NCBI RefSeq assembly: GCF_001194135.2
Contig: NC_068988.1
Location: 93,806,842-93,870,841, forward strand
Direction of reading: 5' to 3'
DNA length: 64,000 bases
Source: Octopus bimaculoides
Taxonomy: Eukaryota
The notes beneath the pieces were generated by a model. The model made no database searches. It saw only the letters and a program-made list of their open reading frames with translations, and had not been told where the DNA came from. This document shows, piece by piece, positions 1 through 10,559 of this stretch (the stretch's first letter is position 1; each line of letters opens with the position of its first letter). Position numbers and translations under genes: made by a program.

Positions 1-341
1 GAGAGTCGATGACTCTACTTTCATACAAAACTGTACGTTTTGCCCAAAATTTCGATGTGTTGTATGTTCAAGCGAATTTGCTGTACGTTTTAGTGATCTT
101 GGCATCGGTTTTAAAATTCAGGTTTTGGCGCATTGATTGATTGATTTTTCACATATGCGTGTTTGTGAGCTTAATAAAAATAAAAGTACGTCTGGTCTGC
201 TTTCGCAAATGCGTCTACACGCACGCATGCGCTGACTAATGAGGTCAAGAGCGACTGTCACTTTGGGTGAACGTATATACGTCCTGTTTACCAAGCCATA
301 GCTGTCATAACACAAGAAGTTTTCTCCCAGACTGAAGGTAC

Positions 342-1206
342 GTGATTGTTGCTTTTTTTTCGTCTTGCGATATGCAGAACAATTTGGGATTACTAGAGGC
401 GTTGGACCCAACTAACGTAATTGAAGGAAGGCCAAGGTCAATTATACCACTTATCATTCGATTACCAAGTTTTTGTGACGTTTCAAGGTTGTTCCTTCAT
501 CCCGTATGCCAGTTTAGGAAAGTGGGTTATACATCATTAGATGTACACCTGACTTTCCTATATTAAATTAGAAGAGAACGGAACGCAGAACTCCAAACTG
601 ATCAACAACAACAATATTTATTTATGGTGGAAAATATACAGCTTCCAATTGTCCGGTTTCTGAGTAGCCTGAATGTAGATGTACTGTCCCTAGAGATGAA
701 TCGTTGGAGAGACAACTTGCTTCTTCCACACTCAATGAGAGCTTGTTTGAGACCGTCTTGCTTGTTCGCTGTCTGGCGTGGTAAGAGACAGAATAGAAGC
801 GGGAACGCTTGGATGTCGAAATCCACGCATGCGTGGTTAAAGATGGAGTAATGGCGACTATGCCTTTTTGGCGCCATATGACGACACTACACCAGAAATA
901 TTTTGGTTTGTTGTTTCACAAGAGAAATGTGGTGATGAGTACCGCTATCCACTGTTGTCATCCTTTATGCTCAGTCTTCTTTCTTTACCACACTCCTCTG
1001 CATCGCCAGAAAGAATGTTCTCTCTTTTCCACAATATCAAAACTAAAAATCGAAATTGCTTGAAGGCTTCTACGCTCAATGCTCTGATGAGGTCGAAAAT
1101 TTTGCTACGAAATACCGATTGTACGACGTGGGAGCCGGATGACCGACTTTGTAAAACATTATTTGATAAGAAATTGGTACAACAGAGAACCTCCTCACGA
1201 AGATGA
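342..1206 (+). mobile_element. Decayed hAT-superfamily transposase, C-terminal region including the dimerisation domain
   Basis: ORF 868-1206 reads YPLLSSFMLSLLSLPHSSASPERMFSLFHNIKTKNRNCLKASTLNALM, the hAT C-terminal S-x-x-x-ER-x-FS...RN-x-L signature. Upstream frames (LEALDPTNV...SIIPL) are broken by stops and frameshifts. Confidence 0.8.
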
Positions 1207-1324
1207 TTTTTCTTTTGATGTCCAAACATTCAAGGTTCCAATAAATGTTTTCCAAATCAAAAAAATGTATAAAAAGTTCGTTTTGACTGTATTTTGGGGG
1301 CTTCAGTGAATTTCTGTACGTTTT

Positions 1325-1651
1325 GAGGTCGACTTTACCTTTCATCCTTTCGGGGTCGATAAATTAAGTAGCAATTGCGTACTGGGAGCGATCTAATCTA
1401 CTGACCGCCACCTCCCCCAAAATTTCGGGCCTTGTGCCTAGAGTAGAAAAGTATATTGTTTCTTATCCTAAAGCAGCGAGCACTTCGGACAAAATGCTTA
1501 GCAACATTTCGTCTGTCTTTACGTTTTGAGCTGAAATTCCGCCGAAGTCGACTTTGCCTTTCATAAATTAAGCCCCAGTGAAACACTGGGGCCGATGTAA
1601 TCGATTGGTCCCCTCCCCACAAATTTCAGGCCTTGTACCTATAATAGAAAG
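1325..1651 (+). mobile_element. Two tandem partial copies of SINE family A (gaggtcgactttgcctttcatcctttcggggtcgataaattaagtaccag... core)
   Basis: The same core recurs at about 5735-5960(-), 19947-20160(+), 20176-20388(+), 24740-24985(-), 41011-41140(-), 41385-41535(-), 50826-50960(-) and 60225-60325(-). Fuller copies have a tRNA-like head (ggtgagctggcag...gagttcaaattcc). Confidence 0.75.
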
Positions 1652-1793
1652 GATATTATTTCTTAACCACACCGTCACATCTCTAGATATCATCCAAGGG
1701 TTATCTACTTCCTTCGTATTAAATACGATAATCATCAATACTTCTAATATATTAACTGGTCTATTTTTGCAGAGATAACCATAAACACTCAAC

Positions 1794-1959
1794 ATGCCTG
1801 AAGTATTCTACAAAGACCCTGCAGGATATGAACTGCTCAGTTATGACTACAATGGCTTTCTGGTTCCACCATTCCCAAATGTTCACGAAAATCTTGAAAA
1901 ACTTCCTGATATGGCCGTAAGAAGTGATGATGTTTTTCTTCTAGGCTACATGAAAGCAG
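1794..1959 (+). CDS. Cytosolic sulfotransferase (Sulfotransfer_1 family), coding exon 1
   Basis: MPEVFYKDPAG...AVRSDDVFLLGYMKAG, the start of the 5'-PSB loop. Donor G|GTATGT, phase 1, matches the next exon. Confidence 0.88.
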
Positions 1960-2288
1960 GTATGTATTCTGTTGTAGCATTTGTCTAAATCAGCGGTTCT
2001 CAACCATTTTCATACCGATGGAACCCCTCGGTTTCTATTATATTCTGCTAGACTCTCATTGCCAGTCCATGTTTAGAAACTAGTTTTATAGAAACTTTTT
2101 TTCAAAATTCCTCTTTTGTTTTTCAAACATTAACTTGTGTACGTTGAAGTAAGTAAAACGTTATGAAGATTTATGTATGTATGTATGTATGTATGTATGT
2201 GTGTGTGTGTGTGTGTGTATGTACTTCTTTTGTATTTATTCATATTTATTTTGTACCTTTCAACAACGTTTGAAGCTTTCTGTCGCAG

Positions 2289-2612
2289 GTTGTCATTGGA
2301 TGTGGGAAATAACAGGAATGCTTCTGAAAGGCTCTGCTGAATACAGCCTACAGGATAAAACTGCTGCAATGCTGGAGAGAGCTCCGCAAGCCAGTCTCGC
2401 TCAACTTCCACCACCCAGAGTCCTAAACAGTCATCTCCATCTGCATCATCTGCCGCGAGAGATATTTACCAAAAAACCGAAAATGGTTTTCATGATCCGC
2501 AACCCTCGCGACATTGCTGTTTCTTCGTATCATCATTTGTTTCAAATGGCAGAATTGTATCACTACGATGGAGACTGGAACGGTTACTTTAATCTGATTA
2601 TGGAAGGCAAAG
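2289..2612 (+). CDS. Cytosolic sulfotransferase, coding exon 2
   Basis: Acceptor tcgcag|GT. Encodes GCHWMWEI...PRVLNSHL (catalytic His)...MIRNPRDIAVSSYHH (3'-PB motif)...MEGK. Donor G|GTAGGC. 324 nt, phase 1 to 1. Confidence 0.9.
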
Positions 2613-2848
2613 GTAGGCAAACACAAATCTTCAATCATTACGAATATTTTCGCAAATTTCTTTTGTTCTTTACCGAATGGAGAGCCTGCTGAGAGTAGAT
2701 AGCATCAAATCGTGATGAGGATTAACTGGAGCCAATAGGTTCATTCAAACACTAAAAAATGGTACCATACATTGGTCACGACAGTAAAAGAATAAAGAAT
2801 ACTGTAACCATGGTTGGCGATACAATAGTTTATTTTGTCTCGTTTCAG

Positions 2849-2952
2849 TAAATTATGGCAACTGGTTTCAATATATGCTACAGTGGGAGAAGGATATCAA
2901 AGACCACCCTGAATTACCCATCCTTATACTTAGGTATGAAGATGTTAAAAAG
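2849..2952 (+). CDS. Cytosolic sulfotransferase, coding exon 3
   Basis: Acceptor tttcag|TA. Encodes VNYGNWFQYMLQWEKDIKDHPELPILILRYEDVKK (YGxW and YEDxK SULT motifs). Donor AAG|GTAAAT, phase 1 to 0. Absent from the ORF track. Confidence 0.9.
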
Positions 2953-3254
2953 GTAAATCACGATAAATCTCTTTGCGTTTTATTGTTTCATTATTGTTCC
3001 AGATATTGGACTGTCAAATAAATTCATTCGTTTTTTTTATTTCTCCATTTATTTTAATCCTTATTTTTCATCAACGATTTTAACAAGTCACTCAACAATA
3101 TATTCTCCTTTACAACTTCTTGCCAAAGTTCCACTAACTTGTCGAGGCCTTTGCTAATAGAAATCACCAGGTCTTGACTCGAAGAATTCATCAAAGCACG
3201 TTGTCAGCTCTATACCGAAATGTTTCGCAGACTGTTGGAGAGAGATTGAAAAAA

Positions 3255-3640
3255 GGGATAATCTGAAGGCGCTATATAAGACGAATACGGTGGGTGCAGT
3301 AGAGTTTGTTACGCATGTAACGTACATAAACACAAAGTTGTGCTGCTAAATCCGCCACGTCAGTGGTTTCATCAGTTTGGATGGTGGCATAGTTAAACAT
3401 TGATGTTTTTACATTTGAAATGGCCTGAGACAAAATATTATCAGACATCTCAGCGATTCGACGACTGACGGTGTTGTTGGAAAGTGAAACATATTTAAGC
3501 TTCTGTAGTTCGGACGTTCCGCGCACGAGTAAGTTTATATCTTTGCAGCAAGGAAGAACTAACTGCTCTCCAACGTTATGAGTTTCTTTTTTTCTTTGCA
3601 GCAGCAATTTTCCTTGAAACCTCATAGGAGGCTTTCAGAC
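3255..3640 (-). mobile_element. hAT (Buster/Charlie/ZBED5-like) transposase fragment in sulfotransferase intron 3
   Basis: HNVGEQLVLPCCKD...LKYVSLSNNTVSRRIAEMSDNI...IQTDETTDVADLAAQLCVYVRY matches the Buster-family SLSNNTVSRRI and (L/T)DE(S/T)TD motifs. Confidence 0.85.
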
Positions 3641-3905
3641 CCACCGCAACGTCTTGCATACGCATGCGCGCATTTTGTTTAAAAACACAAAAATATATTT
3701 ATCAGTGCGTTTTTAAAAACAGTGCGTCGATAAAGGATATTATCTTCAGACAAATTCCAGTGTAAATTTGTCTTTAGCGATGTATCTGCATTAAATATGA
3801 TACACAGATGATTAATTTAATCTAATAGTGCTTACTGTAAGAGGTTTTTTTTTTCACTTGTAGTTTAAATTACATAGCAGTTTGTATCTTTTATATTTTG
3901 TCTAG

Positions 3906-4071
3906 GATCCAATTGATATCATTACTAAACTAGCTGAATTTTTAGAACTTCCTCGAAATGACCAACTTTTCCAAGACATTGCTGACAAATGTTCTTTTTC
4001 CAAAATGAAAGCTGCCAAACCACCCTATATTTCTCAGTTCCGTTCACCCACTGCATCTCTCTTTCGTAAAG
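3906..4071 (+). CDS. Cytosolic sulfotransferase, coding exon 4
   Basis: Acceptor tgtctag|GAT. Encodes DPIDIITKLAEFLELPRNDQLFQDIADKCSFSKMKAAK...SLFRK(G), i.e. the CSF..MK motif and the start of RKGxxGDWK. Donor G|GTACAG, phase 0 to 1. Absent from the ORF track. Confidence 0.9.
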
Positions 4072-4959
4072 GTACAGTTTTACTAATTTTTTAATTTCAT
4101 TTCTTGTGTTAACACTTTCGCCGTTCCCTTGTCCCTTAAACTGTTCTGGTAGCGATGACACATTCAGTTTAATACCAGTAATTCTTTTTAATTCTCTGAG
4201 TTTCTCTGGAGTAGCAATATTAGGTGCTTCTTTGACGTGAGGTCTACAAGGGAGATTGCTTTAGGTTACTTTTTAAATTATTTTGTACATACTTAGCATT
4301 ATAAATGTATTTTTTCAAAATTCTTACTATTTTAATAAGAAGAAGAACCACATGACAATTAAAAATAAGCGCGTTGATCACCCACCGAATTAAATTTACT
4401 CACGTAGATCACACGGAAAATAGCCCCAACCCAAAATAAACTAAAAAGTAACCAAAGGTAATCTCCCTTTAAAATTGTAGATCACACGGCAAAGTGACAC
4501 CTTTCTTTTTCGGAGCCTCGTTAAATTTTACTACCCAGCCACTGCTTAACTGGTGAGCTGTGCTTCCGTCTGGAACTATACACCACGAGCTGATTTGAGT
4601 TACTTGAAAGTTAAGACCAAAGAAGCCATGCAGAAATTGGCGATGAGGTGTGAAGAGCCGTCCTATTAACTGTTGTTCAGCAGCCTTTCGATCAATCGTT
4701 TTCACGATTGCATGTGTAAAGTATTTCATTATAGAAATTATATTTAGAANNNNNNNNNNNNNNNNNNNNNNNNNNNNNNNNNNNNNNNNNNNNNNNNNNN
4801 NNNNNNNNNNNNNNNNNNNNNNNNNNNNNNNNNNNNNNNNNNNNNNNNNCACACACACACACACATTGTCCTCGGTTGTGAGTGCCTAACAAAGGCATAA
4901 GTGTATCAGGCCAATGTATTATCTATAGATGATAATAATAAATATTGAGTATTACTTTG

Positions 4960-5225
4960 CATTAGTGCAAATACATTCAAAGGTAGGTACATCCAACATA
5001 GCCACTCATTCAGATTCAGAAAAAAATTCATCTTTACTGACCAACTATATATGGAATATGAAAGAGAATGGTATCAACAATAGCAAAATACAATGCAGGA
5101 AAAACTCATTCCCTTAATGGGAAAGAAGATTAAATCGCACATAGCTAGCTCAATAACAAAAAGAAAAAATGTATTGTTATGAGCAAAGGAAGTCTTAAGA
5201 ACCGTTTCATCAACTATAAATCCAC
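4960..5225 (+). mobile_element. Possible highly decayed PLE GIY-YIG endonuclease remnant
   Basis: Peptides KNSSLLTNYIWNMKENGIN and SLKNRFINYKST resemble the T-x-LS-x-YIW-x-LK and FK-x-R-x-x-NH motifs of some PLE endonucleases, but they occur in non-canonical order. Confidence 0.3.
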
Positions 5226-5994
5226 CTCATACATATATATATATATATACTTAGTTATACACATATATGTAGACATGCATATTTTAAACTGAACATCTTT
5301 GATATATATTCTTAGAAGTTAAATCTTTCAGAAATTTGAAGATGGAAATTTCGAGAAAATATTATTTTGTCATCTTGTAATTTTGCTGAATATTTTATTT
5401 TTGTATCTATTTTTGTATTTATTTCTGGTTACCGTGGAACTAAGAACTCTTTTATTGTAAAATTGTAAAGATTTAGAACTAAATGATTATATATTATATA
5501 GAAAATAAATTAAATAGCAGTAAATTGCTTTATGTGTGCAAATTTCTTGCCGCTATTTGTTGTTTTGTTGATAGAGGTGAACAATACCAACATTAGACAC
5601 ATACGCGCACACACTCACGTAAATGTATCTTATTTTTTCTCGAGTTCTACGGCTTGTAAGGTCGGTTGCCTGGTTTCTATTGTGTATAAGTAATGGTTAT
5701 CACAACATTACCCCTGTGCTCCATTGTAGGCTCCAAGGGCAGAAATTTTGAGGTAAGGCCATAAATCGATTGCATCTACTCCAGTTTTTGACTGGTACTT
5801 TATCTTATCTATCCTTGTAACGATGCTTTATTACATCAGCCCTGGAGTGATGAAAAGTAAAGTTGACCTCGGTAAGATTTGAACTCAGAACGTAAAGAAC
5901 CGGAAGAACGCTACTATACATTTTGTCCGATGTGCTAACAATTCTTCCGGCTCGTCGCTTTATATATGCATATCAAAAAATGATTAAAGGTCCT

Positions 5995-6220
5995 TCCAGG
6001 ACTAAAGGCACATAAATCCGGTTTCCCGGCTGCTGCGACCTGTATATTCCCTCCTGGATGGGACGCCGGTTCATCGCAGAATTACTCATTTTTGCCACCT
6101 GAGTGAACTGGAGCAACAAGAAATGAAGGTTTTGCTCAAGAATACAACGCATCGCTCCGTTCAGAAATTGAAACCGCAATCTCACGATCATAGTTGCAAC
6201 ACTTTAACCACAAAGCCATA
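5995..6220 (-). mobile_element. tRNA-derived SINE (family D/E: gtggttaaagtg...gcgttgtgttcttgagcaa...ctccagttcactcagc)
   Basis: A/B-box-like head plus a gcgatgaaccggcgtcccatccagg core. Related copies at about 37450-37765(-), 50480-50690(-) and 56585-56912(-). Confidence 0.65.
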
Positions 6221-7348
6221 CGCCTCCACATATGTGAACATGCATATATCTGTCAATTGGAAGGTGGACGGTATTCTATATTCATCTGGTTCAAGTGTCA
6301 TTCAATGGAGCTTTTAGTCAACTCGGCACTAGAAATTGAAAAGAAAAATTATTAATAACAATTTAGATTATGTGTGACTTCCTATGTCCGTCCTTCAAAT
6401 GTACGACGGGGCTTTTACAGGGCAGCTCCGCTTGCTAGAAACAGAAAACGAATCCCTTTTAAATCATACACTACCGACTTAAAAGGAAAGTACAGAATAA
6501 CAGAGCCTGGGTGAAAAACAAGACTGTTACATGGACGATATTTTTAAGCCAACAGGAATTGAAACCCTGTCGTCCAGATCCAGTGACACAGAAACTAAAC
6601 ACAATGCTGTCCACCGCTGAAATCACAACTGGTTGACCGTCGCGATTTCGGACATCTGCGATGACTGGAGGTGATTCATTTTCGCCCTTAATGCTGTAAA
6701 TTCACTGGTTAAACATGGTCAACGCTTCCCAGGTGAACGGCGACAGTTTCCGTCTATTTAATTATTTCATAAGACATTATTCGGCCCGGGGCTACAGGGG
6801 AAGACACTTGCTCAATGTGCCACGCAGTTGGACGGAACCCAAAGCCACTTGATTTCAAAGCGTTCTTCTTAACCACACAGCCATGCCATAAACATAAAAT
6901 GATTGAACTTTTGACTATTGTTATATGCGTTTTATACGAAATACATTCAGAAATTTGAAATAAGGCAAGGGACGCAACTACGTAACAAAACTTTAGAGTT
7001 ACCTCCCTTGCAATTCTACGTTTTTGTGATTTTGTATAATGTATTTTTATTGTTTGCACAAGAAAAAAAATAACAGGAAGTTTAATCGATCGAAAGCACC
7101 TCGTTAATTGTTAAACAATATCATTGATCGAATCCTCTCTGTTGAAGTGGTTGCGAGGAACATCGCGATTCCATGAACACCGATTGCAATGAAACATACA
7201 GCATTTGTCAAACGATAATATCTTTCACTCCATGCACACACACACACACACACACACACTAGACTGCGGCCATGCTGGTGCAACACCTCAAAGATGTGGG
7301 CACAGCTGCAAAACAAGGTGGAAAAAATAGTACTCAAACACCAAAGAT

Positions 7349-7384
<36 letters not shown>

Positions 7385-8163
7385 TATATTCTAAAGCTAA
7401 AAGGAAAAATCTTCACAAAGTTGTATATATCTGTGTGTGTGTGTGTATACACATATATACAAAGGTGAACACCGTCAAACGAAAAGTTTAACTTCGCTAA
7501 TCGTTATTCCGTTAATTCTTTGAAAATCTAACAGAAGTTGAAGTTAACGTTAATCCGTTAAAGTTAACTTTTTATTGAAAAAAAAAAAAAAAAAAGGCAT
7601 AGCTACAGTTTAATACCCCACCGACTTTGTTGCCTCATAAATTCCAGAAAAATGGATACTTTTTATCGAAGCTTTCACCAAATAATCGCTTATATCCTCT
7701 ATATTAGTTTTGGAGGAATGAAACTTCCATGGATAATGGTTGAGTCAGCACAGGTTAAGTTAGATGCCACAGAATGATGACTGCAGAATAATTTAATCAT
7801 AAACTTTATTGAAAATTTTCATGATATTCACAACATTTCCAAAGAGTGACAGGGTAAAAATTAAGGATACTTGGCTTCATCACAAAAATGAGAAAATATA
7901 TACAATAGACATGTCCAACCCACATTTGCATATAGGATGGGCATTAAAACATTGGTAAGGAGGTTTCACACATTATCCTGCCAAATTTCCATATATCTAT
8001 ATATATACAGTTGAATGTTACACGGACACACGGAAATGGACATTTATACAAGGGAGTGCTGAAAAGTTCCTGGTTTTGGGTAAAAGAAAATACAAGATCA
8101 GTTAATTATATTATTTACATTATTTACATACAATGGATATTTGTCCTCATCTTGTTTGTTGTT

Positions 8164-8209
8164 AACACAACGTTTCGGCTGATATACCCTCCAGCCTTCT
8201 TCAGGTGTC
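8164..8209 (-). ncRNA. Minimal type-I hammerhead ribozyme motif (intact core) in a PLE terminal repeat
   Basis: The - strand reads GACAC CUGAAGA A GGCUG-gaggguauau-CAGCC GAAAC GUU GUGUU: helix I GACAC/GUGUU, helix II GGCUG/CAGCC, palindromic ACGU in place of helix III. Confidence 0.7.
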
Positions 8210-8775
8210 TTGGGGAAATTTCGAATCTGGGTTCTCAGTCCTAAGGTATTTTTCAATGCTATTATTATTATTATTACGTGAAAGGCCTGTCCAAAAAGAT
8301 ACAAAAGATATGTGGCCCATATGACATCAGGACAATATTCAAGAGTAATACAACACTTTGCAAATATCTCCTTTGAGTAAAACCACCAATAGAAGAGAAT
8401 ATGACCAAAGACTGCGTGTACTCCATCCCATGCAGCTGTGGTGGGTTATACAAAGGTGAAACATGCCACCCACCTCAAAATAAGGGTAGACGAACATCGC
8501 AAAGTTGTGACACTAGGAGATACTGATAAATCGGGTATAGCTGATTATGTATGGAAAAATGGAGACCACCTCCTCCTGTGGGATGAAGTTAAAATAATAG
8601 ACAGAGGACACCACTGGAAAATAAGAAAACTAAAAGAAGCAGCACATATGCTAGGTCTCAACAACTTCCCAAGCAGACCGAGTGCAGATATGAATAGCAT
8701 ATGGGAACCGGTATTAAGGAAGGATAGGAAAATATTAGATTTATAAGCCCTAAAATTCACTCCATAATTGCCAAC

Positions 8776-8848
8776 GGGCATATAGCATAGTGGTTAAGAG
8801 CACGGGCTATTAACCCCAAGAGTCTGAGTTCGATTCCAAGCAGTGACC
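8776..8848 (+). other. tRNA-like segment with Pol III A/B boxes, just upstream of the PLE terminal repeat
   Basis: GGGCATATAGCATAGTGG (A box)...GGGCTATTAACCC (anticodon-arm-like)...GAGTTCGATTCC (B box, 8826-8837), followed by (AAT)n. A homologous copy lies at about 52700-52773(-). Confidence 0.7.
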
Positions 8849-9312
8849 TGAACAATAACAATAATAATAATAATAATAACACCGAAAAATATCTTAGGAA
8901 TGAGAACCCAAGTTCGAAATTTCCCCAAGACACCTGAATAAGGCTGGAGGGTATATCAGCCGAAACATGTTAACAGCAAACAAGATGAGGACAAATATCC
9001 GTCAAATGTAAATAATGTACATAATTCCTCATCTCTTAAATGTAGAACTGCATCAGTTAATTATGATTTTATTCAACATATTCCACTCTCAGATTCACAC
9101 ACACATTGCAGCAGTCCTTCAGTTTTTTAAAGTCCTGTAAACAAACTCAGAAGGGTGGACCTTCAAACAGGTCTTTTGTGATACCCTTAAAGCCATTAAC
9201 TTCTTGGCACTCCCTCGTATTAACCATCAAGTCATGAAGGAATCATATTACAAATAAAAGAAATGATAAAATTAGATATTTTTTACCAATGATAGAATTA
9301 CTCTCTTATTGT

Positions 9313-9346
<34 letters not shown>

Positions 9347-10111
9347 TGAGAGAGAGATAAAGAGAGAGAGAGAGAATAAAATTTAAACCACAACATAAAT
9401 AAAACATATAAAAACATATGTATATCCTATTGTGATATGATAAAATATTTCATGTTATGGTCTGAGTATATTTTTATAACATGACTGTAGAGCGATGTTG
9501 CCGCTGATTATGTGAATGCATTTCTCATCTATTTACCCACAATGTGAAATCACTATTGACTTTCTTCCTTGAAGACATCTGTTAGATGCAATATAAATGA
9601 GTATTGAGGAAAAATTCTATTAAATGCATCAGGGTCCTAAGTTATTTCACCAATGACAATAGACTTGAGTTCTTTAAAACATAGCGTTGTCAGGTTGTTA
9701 TCATATTATCTTCTTTCATGCATAAAGACATTTATGGTTATATATCATATTTTTCTTATAAAATGAATTTTGATGTCTATGGTGAATACAGTGCAGAAGT
9801 GTGTGATAGTTTTTGCTGATCAAATTAATGTTTTTTTTCTTTCATCTCCAACAAGAAAAAGAAAGAATTTATTCCTGTAATATTAGGAATGAAAAAGTAT
9901 TTTAAGTTATTACATTTGTTTATTCTCCTCCCACCATCAATGATTCAATACTGACATTCAAAAACATTGATACTTTCTTATGTCAACTACACTTACTGTG
10001 CATTGAGAATATTACTAGTTTATACCACAGGAAAGTACTAATATTGGTAAAATTATTAGTTATACTGAGAAGAAAAAGGAAAATTAATTTTCTTGATAAA
10101 AACTGAGTTTT

Positions 10112-10396
10112 CTGCCAGTGCCGCTGGACTGGCTCCTGTGCAAGTGGCATGTAAAAAACACCATTCCGAGTGTGGCCGTTGTCAGTACCACCTGACTGGC
10201 CCTCGTGCCGGTGGCACGTAAAAAGCACCCACTACACTGTCGGAGTGGTTGGCGTTAGGAAGGGCATCTAGCTATAGAAACTCTGCCAGATCAGATTGGA
10301 GCCTGGTGCAGCCTTCTGGCTCACCAGTCCTCAGTCAAATCGTCCAACCCATGCCAGCATGGAAAGCAGACCTTAAACGATGATGATGATGATGAT
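10112..10396 (+). mobile_element. SINE/short retroposon family B with a ...taaacgatgatgatgat tail (RTE-like 3' end)
   Basis: Core ggttggcgttaggaagggcatccagctgtagaaac...ccaacccatgccagcatggaaag...(GAT)n. Further copies or fragments at about 17708-17905, 20800-20915, 22070-22250, 25555-25812, 27890-28090, 34368-34720, 37965-38130, 41150-41380, 45060-45200, 46322-46405 and 62428-62732. Confidence 0.75.
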
Positions 10397-10559
10397 ACAG
10401 TTAATACATGCTTAGCTAAGTTACCTTTGGTTTCATCTTGAGCAAATATATCTGTGTCTAGTTAAGATATTTCCACCAGAGAGTATTTTGCCACAGACAT
10501 CACAGAGATGTGCTCGGTCTCCTGTATGAACATAATTATGTCTCACAATGACACATCTT

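Larger units (their letters stand above)
8110..9051 (+). mobile_element. 5'-truncated Penelope-like retroelement: inverted pLTR + GIY-YIG endonuclease remnant + tRNA-like segment + pLTR
   Basis: 8276-8746 translates YVKGLSKKIQKICGPYDIRTIFKS...CVYSIPCSCGGLYKGETC/PLKIRVDEHRK...RKLKEAAHM (GIY-YIG variant VYS-YKG, with one stop and one frameshift). The terminal repeat is on the - strand at 8110-8268 and on the + strand at 8881-9051. 13-bp TSD. Confidence 0.88.
8049..9217. mobile_element. Mariner-type MITE split by a Penelope-like insertion
   Basis: TA|CAAGGGAGTGCTGAAAAGTT at the left end and AACTTCTTGGCACTCCCTCG|TA at the right end form imperfect TIRs with TA flanks. The internal sequence resumes after a duplicated ATCAGTTAATTAT (8097-8109 and 9052-9064). 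Confidence 0.75.

Noticed and set aside
3925-4161. 78-aa - strand ORF that looked like a novel protein
   Set aside because: It is largely the antisense shadow of sulfotransferase exon 4 (3906-4071 +).
6625-6672. NWLTVAISDICDDWR as the missing last sulfotransferase exon
   Set aside because: It has no preceding GDWK, an in-frame stop just upstream, and no phase-1 acceptor.
8776-8848. tRNA-like sequences (also about 30150-30215, 33850-33910, 33996-34070 and 52700-52773) as functional tRNA genes
   Set aside because: Stems are poorly paired, boxes are degenerate and they are embedded in repeats. They are treated as SINE or retroelement heads; tRNAscan-SE would settle this.
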